Part shown: piece by piece, positions 27,902-36,388 of the stretch
Numbering within the stretch: the first letter of the stretch is position 1
Layout of the letters: the number at the start of each line of letters is the position of its first letter
IMG/VR virus record: IMGVR_UViG_3300025840_003418
Location: 32,001-96,000 of that record
From: a virus
Length of the DNA: 64,000 nucleotides
Reading direction: 5' to 3' (one strand)
Notes under the pieces: generated by a model
The model's input: the letters and a program-made list of their open reading frames with translations, nothing else
Database searches by the model: none
What the model was told of the DNA's origin: nothing
Position numbers and translations under genes: made by a program

Positions 27902-29078
27902 TATCTAATTGATTAAAATATTCATTGTCTGCGGTCAATGGAATTACAACACGTAAACCTTTCCATTCGTAGTTTTGTATACCTACATTTAAACCGTTTT
28001 CAAAGAATTTTTTTTGTGCTAACGGTATGTTATCTACAGGAAAAAATTTTAAGTTATAATATAAACCGTACGAAGTATAACTTTCAACAATACCGTCTTC
28101 TACTAGTTGACTAAACATAAGATTGCTTTTTGGTTTTAAATACTTATAGTTTTCAAATATACTTTCTTTTTCGATAATTTCTAAATATTTTAATGTGCTA
28201 TATATACCAGTTAAACTAAAACTATATGTGAAGCCATGACTCCAAAATTCATCTTTTACTGTATTAAAAACTTCTTTAGTCATTAAACACGAACTAAGAG
28301 GAAAGTAACCACCACTCAAACTTTTCCCCATTACAAATATATCAGGGTCTACATTAAATCCTTTTAGTTTTCCTAATTTTCCAGCACACATAGCAATATC
28401 ATCAATAATTAACAAAATATCTTTTGACTTACATAACAATTTAAGAGATTTCCAAAAGTTGTCACTGTATGGTGTTACACCTCCAAGCCAACTACAACTT
28501 TCCATAACAACACAACTTATGTCATCTGCATCTAATGCATTTTGTAAATTATTAAATAAAATGTTTTCATTATCATCTCTATATACACTTTTACAAAATT
28601 GATTGCGTCCTAGTGTGCGAGTCATAAAACTACCGCCACTTATACTAGAACTAAGATAAGTGCTACCATGATAACTTTCTGTTACTCCGATAATCTTATT
28701 TTTTTGCATATTACCGTTACATTGATGATATAATGCTGCTAATTTTACAGCACCCTCAACTGCATCACTACCTGATAAACTATAAAAACTGTAATATCCA
28801 TCTGTCATATCGTATAACTTTTGTGAAAGTTCTAACACTGCATCAGTTGTACTTAGGTATTCCCCACTTACAAATGGTATTTCTTTTGAACGGTTGGATA
28901 CATAATCAATAATGTCAGTTCTATCAAATCCTAACATAAAACTACCACAACTACCAAGACTTGTGTCTAAGAAGTCCTTTCCGTCTTTAATATAACCAAA
29001 CTTTGTATATCTCGAAACAATATTATAGTCAGAATTATTGTTATTTTCTGTAAAGGGAAAAAATATTTTTGGGGTCAT
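27867..29078 (-). CDS. Class III PLP-dependent aminotransferase
   Basis: SGSDAVEGAVKLA, SYHGST, LIIDDI, PDIFVMGKSLSGGYFPLS, HGFTYS; start at MTPK with GGAGA SD. Confidence 0.9.
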   Translation of the reverse strand: MTPKIFFPFTENNNNSDYNIVSRYTKFGYIKDGKDFLDTSLGSCGSFMLGFDRTDIIDYVSNRSKEIPFVSGEYLSTTDAVLELSQKLYDMTDGYYSFYSLSGSDAVEGAVKLAALYHQCNGNMQKNKIIGVTESYHGSTYLSSSISGGSFMTRTLGRNQFCKSVYRDDNENILFNNLQNALDADDISCVVMESCSWLGGVTPYSDNFWKSLKLLCKSKDILLIIDDIAMCAGKLGKLKGFNVDPDIFVMGKSLSGGYFPLSSCLMTKEVFNTVKDEFWSHGFTYSFSLTGIYSTLKYLEIIEKESIFENYKYLKPKSNLMFSQLVEDGIVESYTSYGLYYNLKFFPVDNIPLAQKKFFENGLNVGIQNYEWKGLRVVIPLTADNEYFNQLDTRLRNALDHYV

Positions 29079-29095
29079 ATATAATATCTCCAACG

Positions 29096-29111
29096 TATTT
29101 AACACTAAATA
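29096..29111. promoter_or_regulatory. Divergent T4-late-type promoter boxes
   Basis: tattta 29096-29101 (minus); taaata 29106-29111 (plus, 6 nt before ATG 29118). Confidence 0.7.
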
Positions 29112-29117
29112 CTGTTG

Positions 29118-31037
29118 ATGAAAAAAAATGTTTATCTATTTCAACCAGAAATATCTTCAGGCACACGACCCGAACATTACTTACCGTATAGTGTAGGATG
29201 TATTTGGGCGTATTGTAATCAATTTGAAGATATACAGAATAATTACGAGTTAAAAGATGTAATATGGAAACGTGAGCGACAAAAAGACGTACTGGATAGA
29301 ATAGAAGATCCGGTAGTATGTGCTTTTAGTTGTTATGTATGGAATGAAAATTGGAATCTTACTTGTGCTAAAAGAATTAAAGAACGCTGGCCCGAATGTA
29401 TCATTGTATTTGGTGGTCCAAGTGTAAACGAAAATTGGACAAAACACGAATTTATCGATGTAGCAATGTTCGGTGAGGGCGAAGAAAAATGGGCAGAGTT
29501 GTTACATAAAATTTTAAACAACGAAGCTCTAGATAGATATTGGAATAATCCGAGACAAAAAGAAATTGAAGATTATCCTAGTCCGTATGTTACTGGATTT
29601 TTTGATAAAATAATTGCTGACAATCCTGGCGTGTTTTGGTTTATGATGTTAGAAACAAATAGAGGATGTCCTTATCATTGTACGTTCTGCGGATGGGGTG
29701 CATCTTATTTAAATAAATTAAAAACTTTTGCCTTTGAAAGAGTACAAGCAGATATAGAATGGGCAATAACTCATAATATACATTGGATCTTTCCTATTGA
29801 TGCAAATAGCGGTATATTACGAGAACGTGATGTAGAGATAGCACATCTAATACGTAAAGCAATATTAGATCCAAGAAGTAACATTCGACGTGTAACATTT
29901 AACCATGCAAAAAATCTTAATCCAGCGTGTTTTGAAATGGAAAAAATAATTCAAGAATGGACTTATGGTTTAGAAGTTGCTATACAAAGTTTAAACGTTG
30001 ACACACTAAAGGCTGTTAAAAGATTTAATATGGGTCTAAATAATATCGAAAAAACCTATGCTGAATGTAATAAACACGGAATACGTCATTATACCGAACT
30101 AGTTCTAGGATTACCCTATGAAACTAAAGATACATATATTAATGGTCTTATGAAACTTTTAGAGTTAGGACAACATAACAGTGTAAAAACATATCTAGCA
30201 ACTGTTATACCTAATAGCGAAATGGATGACCCTGCATATCAAGAAAAATACGGAATAAAGCTTATACATCCTAAAGACCTATATAGACGTCCTGAAGAAA
30301 GGATTTGGGACGAAGAAGACGGTAGTGAAGAAGTAATTGCAATGGTTAGTGCTACTAATACAGCATCTTCACAAGATCTTGCAGATTGTTTAAGTTTTAG
30401 TTGGGTTTTAACTCAATTTCATTATGCAGGATATAGTCAAATAGTTGCACAATATCTTAACAATATTGCAGGTGTTTCTTATAGAGAATTTTACGATTTT
30501 ATGTACGAAGAAATAAAATCAGACGAATGGATCGGAGGTTTACAAAAAGATGTGGAAGAAATAATGCTTGCATATCTAGTAAACGGAGAAATTCCTCCAG
30601 AGAGTAAGTGGGGAAATATTGTAGCCCTTACGTTACCAGAAAGTTATGGTACTCAAGAGTTCTTTGCTCATAAAGATTATGTGATTAATTTAGTAATTAA
30701 GATTGCAAATAAATTAATTCAGTTACCTAAGTGTATAGAAGATTTACAATATGCATTTATGAAAGACGAAAATAAAGAGTATCCGTACTTTGTAAATAGT
30801 ACCGTTGATATTGATAGATGGACTGAATATGATTGCGTATACGAAGTTAGAGATAGATCAAAAGTAAGCCATCAAACAGATCAAATGTATAAAAAGTTTT
30901 TACATAAGACCGATCTATATAATACCACCAATCCCTATAAGCACATAAGTACAAGTGAGATTACTAAAGAACAAGAAAAATCATTACAGCCAGTAAGTTT
31001 AGTAGACAGTAAGGTAGAGGAAGGTAGTTTTCATTGA
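29118..31037 (+). CDS. B12-binding radical SAM protein
   Basis: LPYSVG, FSCYVWN, IVFGGP, GEGE, SPY, ETNRGCPYHCTFC, DAN, LGLPYET. Confidence 0.9.
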   Translation: MKKNVYLFQPEISSGTRPEHYLPYSVGCIWAYCNQFEDIQNNYELKDVIWKRERQKDVLDRIEDPVVCAFSCYVWNENWNLTCAKRIKERWPECIIVFGGPSVNENWTKHEFIDVAMFGEGEEKWAELLHKILNNEALDRYWNNPRQKEIEDYPSPYVTGFFDKIIADNPGVFWFMMLETNRGCPYHCTFCGWGASYLNKLKTFAFERVQADIEWAITHNIHWIFPIDANSGILRERDVEIAHLIRKAILDPRSNIRRVTFNHAKNLNPACFEMEKIIQEWTYGLEVAIQSLNVDTLKAVKRFNMGLNNIEKTYAECNKHGIRHYTELVLGLPYETKDTYINGLMKLLELGQHNSVKTYLATVIPNSEMDDPAYQEKYGIKLIHPKDLYRRPEERIWDEEDGSEEVIAMVSATNTASSQDLADCLSFSWVLTQFHYAGYSQIVAQYLNNIAGVSYREFYDFMYEEIKSDEWIGGLQKDVEEIMLAYLVNGEIPPESKWGNIVALTLPESYGTQEFFAHKDYVINLVIKIANKLIQLPKCIEDLQYAFMKDENKEYPYFVNSTVDIDRWTEYDCVYEVRDRSKVSHQTDQMYKKFLHKTDLYNTTNPYKHISTSEITKEQEKSLQPVSLVDSKVEEGSFH

Positions 31038-32212
31038 CACAATTTACAGAACAAGCCATTGATCAAATCTTTAAGTACATTGGTAACAGAAAAATATTAG
31101 ATCCTACAGTTTCACTTTGTCATCATTGCCATAGTCATATTCCTGCCTATAGGATGGAAGAAGACGGAATGATTTATCTAGTTAAATATTGTAATGAACA
31201 TGGGGTTCAAAAATATATAATAGAAACTAGTGCAGAATTTTATTATGGTTTGATGAAATCTATGGAAGATCCTAGGTTTAATATGTCTGGAGGTTTATTA
31301 ATAGAAACAACAGACAGATGTAATTTAGATTGTCCCCATTGCTATCATTTGCCTGATAACGATTCAGCAGATGTAAATAGACAAATATTAATAGATACAA
31401 TTAAAACATTTCCCATAGATAAACCAGGAGACGGTATACATAGAATTATATTAGCAGGAGCTGAACCTACTTTACGTCCAGACTTTCCACAACTGTGTGC
31501 AGAAGTAAGCGAAATACACGAAACTCTGCATCCGGCTGTAATGACCAATGGCATTCGATTTAATAATACAAGATGGCTTAAAGAATCAAAAGCAGCAGGA
31601 TTAGTTTCTGTAAACGTAGGATTAAATCATCCTTCATACCATAATCATAAAGTAATTAGAAATAAACAAGAAACTGCAATTAACAATATCTTTGAACAAG
31701 ATTTAGATATGGGGTACATTAGTTATACAATGATAGAAATGAACGAATTACCTGATATCCTACAAGAAATTATTAATTCACCGTGGCATCCCCAAACTTT
31801 CAGAGTGCGCTTAGGAAGCGAAATAGGCAGAAATGCAACACAGAATGTTTATAGACTAAGCACCTTATATTATGCTGCTAAGGAATGGTGCGAAAAAAAC
31901 AATAAAAGCTTTATTGATATAAACCCTGCAGATAACAATATCTACCATATGATGGTAGACATTGAAGGAAAAATAGTAAGACTAATACAATGGTGTGACG
32001 AAACTAATATAGATATGGAAGAATTACGCACAGGGCCTTGGAATTATTTTGTTCCACATGATGGTATAACAAATTTCCTACATCAAATAATACGTAGAGA
32101 TACTGCAACTAACAAAGGTTTAGAACTTCCAGATAAAGTTCCTGCTAGATATAATTATAAACCTAACATCGAATACGATAAGTCAAAACCTGATTTACTA
32201 AAATTGTATTAA
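31034..32212 (+). CDS. Radical SAM protein with N-terminal CxxC...CxxH metal ribbon (MJ0619/Tes-like N-terminus)
   Basis: TVSLCHHC...KYCNEHG, then TDRCNLDCPHC, GAEPT, MTNG. Confidence 0.85.
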   Translation: MTQFTEQAIDQIFKYIGNRKILDPTVSLCHHCHSHIPAYRMEEDGMIYLVKYCNEHGVQKYIIETSAEFYYGLMKSMEDPRFNMSGGLLIETTDRCNLDCPHCYHLPDNDSADVNRQILIDTIKTFPIDKPGDGIHRIILAGAEPTLRPDFPQLCAEVSEIHETLHPAVMTNGIRFNNTRWLKESKAAGLVSVNVGLNHPSYHNHKVIRNKQETAINNIFEQDLDMGYISYTMIEMNELPDILQEIINSPWHPQTFRVRLGSEIGRNATQNVYRLSTLYYAAKEWCEKNNKSFIDINPADNNIYHMMVDIEGKIVRLIQWCDETNIDMEELRTGPWNYFVPHDGITNFLHQIIRRDTATNKGLELPDKVPARYNYKPNIEYDKSKPDLLKLY

Positions 32213-32218
32213 CCATAA

Positions 32219-32226
32219 TATAAATA
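32219..32226 (+). promoter_or_regulatory. T4-late-type promoter TATAAATA
   Basis: Exact consensus in an 18-bp intergenic gap, 4 nt before ATG 32231. Confidence 0.7.
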
Positions 32227-32230
32227 TTTT

Positions 32231-33100
32231 ATGATGGAAAAAATAGTCATTTCAGGTTGCAGCGTAACTGCTGGTATAGAACTTTGGGAAGAAAAAAATA
32301 TTCCAGAATATTCTAAATTATCAACACCTGAAAATCAAAAAGTAAATTTTTCACACAAAAAAGGTAGTGTTGTATTTGACAAATTAAATGCATTTAATAC
32401 TAAAAATATTAAACAGAATGTACCTCGAGAAGAAATTGTTGCGTATAACAAAAAATTTGCATATCCGTCATTGTTAAGTAAAAACTTACAAGTACCAGTC
32501 GATAATATTGCTGAGCAAGGAATTTCTAACAAAGAAATTGCTCTTCGAACATTAAAATATTTTCCTAAAGATTATTACACAAATACTATAGCAATTATAC
32601 AAATAACAACCCATAATCGAATGTTGTTGACTTATTCTCAAACTGAAGCTGGAAGTGTTGTTTTACAACCTACTCAACCTATTCATTTTTTATCTAGAAC
32701 GCAAAATAATATTTTGCAAGAATACTTTTTTGAGTTTTTTAGCGAATCTCTAACTATGCAAGAAGACTATATGTCTATACTTTACACAATACATAAATTA
32801 AATTTAAAAAATATAATTTGTTATGTATTGCCGATTTCATCGTCTAAACTAAATCAACCACATGGCGAATATCATTATAAAGTTAACGACAATATTACAA
32901 TAACACATACAGATAATTCTTTTGATTTAAGTTCAGTAGAAAATATGTTACTTAATGATATGAATCATTTTAAATTATCAGAGCAGTCTTTAGAAGAAAT
33001 TAGTAATTATTGCTATTTGCCTCATTACCATTTTTCACATAATGCTCATAAGTTAATAAGCGAACACATATCTGAAAGAATAAAATGTTTGCATTTTTAA
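32231..33100 (+). CDS. SGNH hydrolase-like protein
   Basis: ISGCSVTAG, YPSLL, NIAEQGISN, HYHFSHNAH. Confidence 0.65.
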   Translation: MMEKIVISGCSVTAGIELWEEKNIPEYSKLSTPENQKVNFSHKKGSVVFDKLNAFNTKNIKQNVPREEIVAYNKKFAYPSLLSKNLQVPVDNIAEQGISNKEIALRTLKYFPKDYYTNTIAIIQITTHNRMLLTYSQTEAGSVVLQPTQPIHFLSRTQNNILQEYFFEFFSESLTMQEDYMSILYTIHKLNLKNIICYVLPISSSKLNQPHGEYHYKVNDNITITHTDNSFDLSSVENMLLNDMNHFKLSEQSLEEISNYCYLPHYHFSHNAHKLISEHISERIKCLHF

Positions 33101-33177
33101 AATCAATATATTTAAGAATTAAATATAGAAAAAAAATTAAATCTCTTAAGAAAAGAACAAGATATATTTATAAATAG
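33085..33177 (+). CDS. Small basic peptide (30 aa)
   Basis: Hand translation MFAFLKSIYLRIKYRKKIKSLKKRTRYIYK*; fills the gap and overlaps the upstream gene end; below the ORF-track cutoff. Confidence 0.55.
   Translation: MFAFLKSIYLRIKYRKKIKSLKKRTRYIYK
33169..33176 (+). promoter_or_regulatory. T4-late-type promoter TATAAATA
   Basis: Exact consensus, followed by AAGGA SD and TTG start at 33203. Confidence 0.6.
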
Positions 33178-33202
33178 ACTTGTTAAATTTAAAGGAAAAG
33201 AA

Positions 33203-33874
33203 TTGTTTAACAATATTGCATACTTGCCAATCGACATAGAAGTTGATTTACCTAACGAATCTGAAATATTAGAACATTTTCATGCAATAGGAGCTATTTC
33301 AGATCACATGCCGTGTGCTAGTGGATTATGGAAAACTTATCCTATATTTGGAAGAATGCTAAGAGACGAATGGAATGACGTCGATATATATCAATACCAT
33401 AAAAAACATTCAAGTGTATTAATGGATAGCATTGGACAATACTACGATAGTTTTGATACTAAATTTCCGCAAATTGCTTCCGTTATAGATCAATTACCGT
33501 ATAAACAACTAAGTTTAGTAATGGCATTAGAACAAACAAGTGATGTACCGATTCATAAAGATAGAGAAGATTTTGAAATAGTCGACGATGATACAAAATT
33601 ATTAGACCCAAAGCGTTATAATATACTACTTACAAAACACGAATACAAAAGTTTTTTTCTTTCTGAAAATGATAACGGTGATAAAATTTATCCTAAAATA
33701 GATAAAGGTAATCCTGTGTTTTGTTTATCACACGACAAATACTATCACGGTGCTACAATGGCTGGGCCAGGAAAGGTCATGGTAGCAATCGGTGGAATAA
33801 TTGATGTGGAAAAACATAATGCGCTATTAGAACAAAGTTTTAACAAATTTAAAGATCAATCTATTACTTTTTGA
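33203..33874 (+). CDS. Cupin/2OG-Fe(II) oxygenase-like protein, paralog family A
   Basis: YLPIDIEVDLPNE, PIHKD, PKRYNILLTK, HGATMAGP; close paralog of 1236..1919. Confidence 0.6.
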   Translation: MFNNIAYLPIDIEVDLPNESEILEHFHAIGAISDHMPCASGLWKTYPIFGRMLRDEWNDVDIYQYHKKHSSVLMDSIGQYYDSFDTKFPQIASVIDQLPYKQLSLVMALEQTSDVPIHKDREDFEIVDDDTKLLDPKRYNILLTKHEYKSFFLSENDNGDKIYPKIDKGNPVFCLSHDKYYHGATMAGPGKVMVAIGGIIDVEKHNALLEQSFNKFKDQSITF

Positions 33875-34458
33875 CCAATAAGCATAAATCTTTTATACTT
33901 TTCAGTTTGCAACTCTGCTTTCCATGTAACATAAATCTTACTCATTTCTACGAAGTCTTCTAAGTCAGTAGCACATCTTATATGCTCATCTAAATCAAAA
34001 TAGTCGTTACTCTGTAATACTATCATAGCCTGTTCTGGTATGTTACTTAACCAAGTTTCATACTGCTGTTGATTAATATGTTCACAACTTGTGTTGATTA
34101 CTAAATGTGCATCGTACTTGTAGTTGCACATGTCAGCGGTTACTGCTTTGAATTTGCCTTCCATTTCATAACGCTTGTTTACAGTGTTTGCAATTTCTTC
34201 GCAAGTAGGATCTATATCAACGCTAATAATACTTTTAATATCCGGACGAGCATTAAAAAGAATACTTGCCAACACTCCGTTCCACCCTCCGAATATTACT
34301 ATATCTTTTAAACCTATGTACCAATTGTTTAAATGATCACTAAGCCAAACTTTACTTCGAACTTGTCCTTTCCAAAAACTTTCGAGTGTGCGATATCTAT
34401 CTTCGCTATTACGGATTGCATCCATCCAAAACAATACATCTTCTATTTCAACTTTCAT
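33856..34458 (-). CDS. SAM-dependent methyltransferase-like protein
   Basis: IFGGWNG motif I variant, SVDIDP, TADM, INTSCEH. Confidence 0.7.
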   Translation of the reverse strand: MKVEIEDVLFWMDAIRNSEDRYRTLESFWKGQVRSKVWLSDHLNNWYIGLKDIVIFGGWNGVLASILFNARPDIKSIISVDIDPTCEEIANTVNKRYEMEGKFKAVTADMCNYKYDAHLVINTSCEHINQQQYETWLSNIPEQAMIVLQSNDYFDLDEHIRCATDLEDFVEMSKIYVTWKAELQTEKYKRFMLIGQKVID

Positions 34459-35453
34459 ATTTTTACCTTAGGAATCTTTGAGTCAGCACTGCTTACACAA
34501 GTATCAGTAACACATTTAGATGGTGCCTTAAACAGCGTAAAACCGTCTTGTAGTGTGCCTAACGGTTCTTCACTACAACTATAACTCCGCTTTACTTCAT
34601 TACCTCTTATAACGCATCCTTGATATCCTGCATTACAAGTCCATCCTTTAAACTTATTAAAACCAAAGGCATTGAATCGCTCGGCTTGATCAACATTATA
34701 TATGTTACCTGCATCATCTTGTAATTCTACTTGGTATAAAGGAATTATTTTTTTATATCTATCTGGGATTCTTTGGGGGAATCCTGTTTGCATCTGTCTA
34801 AGTTGGCTTGGTGTATATCCATGTACCACGAAGGAGGCAGTGGGGTCGGATTGTGGTTTGAGAGTGACATTAATACCTCGGGCGGCAAATCGTTCACAGC
34901 GTTCGTAAAGTTCCTCAAACCTTTCTGGCACCATGACTTGATTGATTGTAACAAATACTTCATTATCAGCTAATAAGAGACACTTATCTCCAAACTCCTG
35001 TTCATTAGCAAACTCAGCGTGGTAACTCGCTGTGATGCTTTTTCTTTGCAGTGTGTCTGTGTTAAGTATCCACTTGTTCCACCATTTCACACCTGGTGAT
35101 AGATTTGTGGTCATATGAATACTTTGGTATTCGGGTGCTGTATCCCTACAGTAATGATCTATGATCTCCCCAAAGTATTTATACGCTGTAGGCTCGCCTC
35201 CGCTGAACGAAAAATGAAAATCTGTAAAACCGTTATCTCTTGCCTGTGCCTTGATACTATCTAGTGTGTGTAAGTACAATTCTAGATCTTGGTGGTCAGG
35301 GGTACTAGATCTAGCGTATGGCCAGCAATAACTGCATGAATAATTACAAAATCTAGCCAGTATCCAAGAAACTGTGAAAAGATGGCTCTTTAGGAGTGTC
35401 TTCTGTCCAAATTGGGTAATTTTATCCCAGGGTATTGTTTGAAAATTGTTCAT
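34455..35453 (-). CDS. Radical SAM protein with C-terminal twitch-like domain
   Basis: CNYSCSYC, SGGEPT, TTN, SYH; GWTCNAG...C...C...C..SAD; start set at MNNF. Confidence 0.9.
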   Translation of the reverse strand: MNNFQTIPWDKITQFGQKTLLKSHLFTVSWILARFCNYSCSYCWPYARSSTPDHQDLELYLHTLDSIKAQARDNGFTDFHFSFSGGEPTAYKYFGEIIDHYCRDTAPEYQSIHMTTNLSPGVKWWNKWILNTDTLQRKSITASYHAEFANEQEFGDKCLLLADNEVFVTINQVMVPERFEELYERCERFAARGINVTLKPQSDPTASFVVHGYTPSQLRQMQTGFPQRIPDRYKKIIPLYQVELQDDAGNIYNVDQAERFNAFGFNKFKGWTCNAGYQGCVIRGNEVKRSYSCSEEPLGTLQDGFTLFKAPSKCVTDTCVSSADSKIPKVKI

Positions 35454-36111
35454 ACAACCAATCAAAATCATTTATTCTACGCAAATCTTGCGGTGATTGT
35501 GCGTGTTTTTCTCCGTATTCTCTGCCTTCTTGGGCGCCGCGTTTTGCTTCATTTCTATAAAGTGCATCTGAAATAGGATTTAGCCACGCCGCCAATCGGT
35601 CTTCAGTTTCAATATTAAGTTGTCCTTGTATAGACTTACTTGATAATTTTGCACATTCTCTAAATGCACTTTTCCAAGTGTTAAACGGATCTGTATTAAA
35701 TGCAGTAATGTTACTTATTTCGTTCATTACTCGAAAATTGTCGCTAATACTTGTAGTCATGTCAGGCTTACTTGTATCCATGTTTATTGTCATACGTCTA
35801 GGAAAAAGTTTTACACCGCCGTAGCCGTACTCTAAACCATTTATAGGATTCTTACTGCGCCAAACGTGTACATGATCTAACTGATGATCTGGAACTTCAT
35901 AATCAAAATTAAAGGAATCTAAAACCTGTGCATCACCGTCAACAATCCAAAACATTTTAGTAAAACATTTCTTTGCAGCAGCAATGTGTGCCTGATGTAT
36001 TCCTTTTACTCCGTCAACAGGCTTAGTCATAGGAAATCGTTCTTTTAGTGCAGCATAATTTTCAGCAGCATTAGGTTCTTTATAACTTATAAAAACAATG
36101 TCATACATCAA
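35422..36111 (-). CDS. GT-A-fold glycosyltransferase-like protein
   Basis: DIVFISY.EPNA, GI..AH..AA, VDGD (DxD), YGYGGVKL; paralog of 49145..50074. Confidence 0.65.
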   Translation of the reverse strand: MMYDIVFISYKEPNAAENYAALKERFPMTKPVDGVKGIHQAHIAAAKKCFTKMFWIVDGDAQVLDSFNFDYEVPDHQLDHVHVWRSKNPINGLEYGYGGVKLFPRRMTINMDTSKPDMTTSISDNFRVMNEISNITAFNTDPFNTWKSAFRECAKLSSKSIQGQLNIETEDRLAAWLNPISDALYRNEAKRGAQEGREYGEKHAQSPQDLRRINDFDWLYEQFSNNTLG

Positions 36112-36388
36112 ATATCCAGTCAGCTTTGTCGTCTACCCACACATCATAATGAGGTTTTTGCATCCACAAATTATGATACTTAACTCCCCAAGAAAACAAC
36201 TGTTCTTTAGTTAATGCTGTCCAGTCTATACCTGAATTAGCTCCTCGGGCTGTCCAATAAACTATTGTATGTCCGTCCATATATAATTCGTTAATCTTAG
36301 TTATATGTTCGTAGTTAGGTTTTGAGTTATAGTAATCACTGTCTTTAGTGTAGCATATTGTTCCGTCAATGTCAACTACATATTTCAT
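36101..36388 (-). CDS. Minimal HAD-superfamily phosphatase (capsule-biosynthesis phosphatase-like)
   Basis: DIDGT, WTARG, KP, VDDK motifs I-IV. Confidence 0.85.
   Translation of the reverse strand: MKYVVDIDGTICYTKDSDYYNSKPNYEHITKINELYMDGHTIVYWTARGANSGIDWTALTKEQLFSWGVKYHNLWMQKPHYDVWVDDKADWIFDV

Noticed and set aside
27867-29078. bioA (biotin synthesis)
   Set aside because: Class III aminotransferase motifs are generic and no other biotin genes are present
31034-32212. True tetraether lipid synthase (tes)
   Set aside because: Auxiliary Fe-S cluster Cys motifs expected in Tes were not seen and the protein is shorter; kept only as a family-level resemblance
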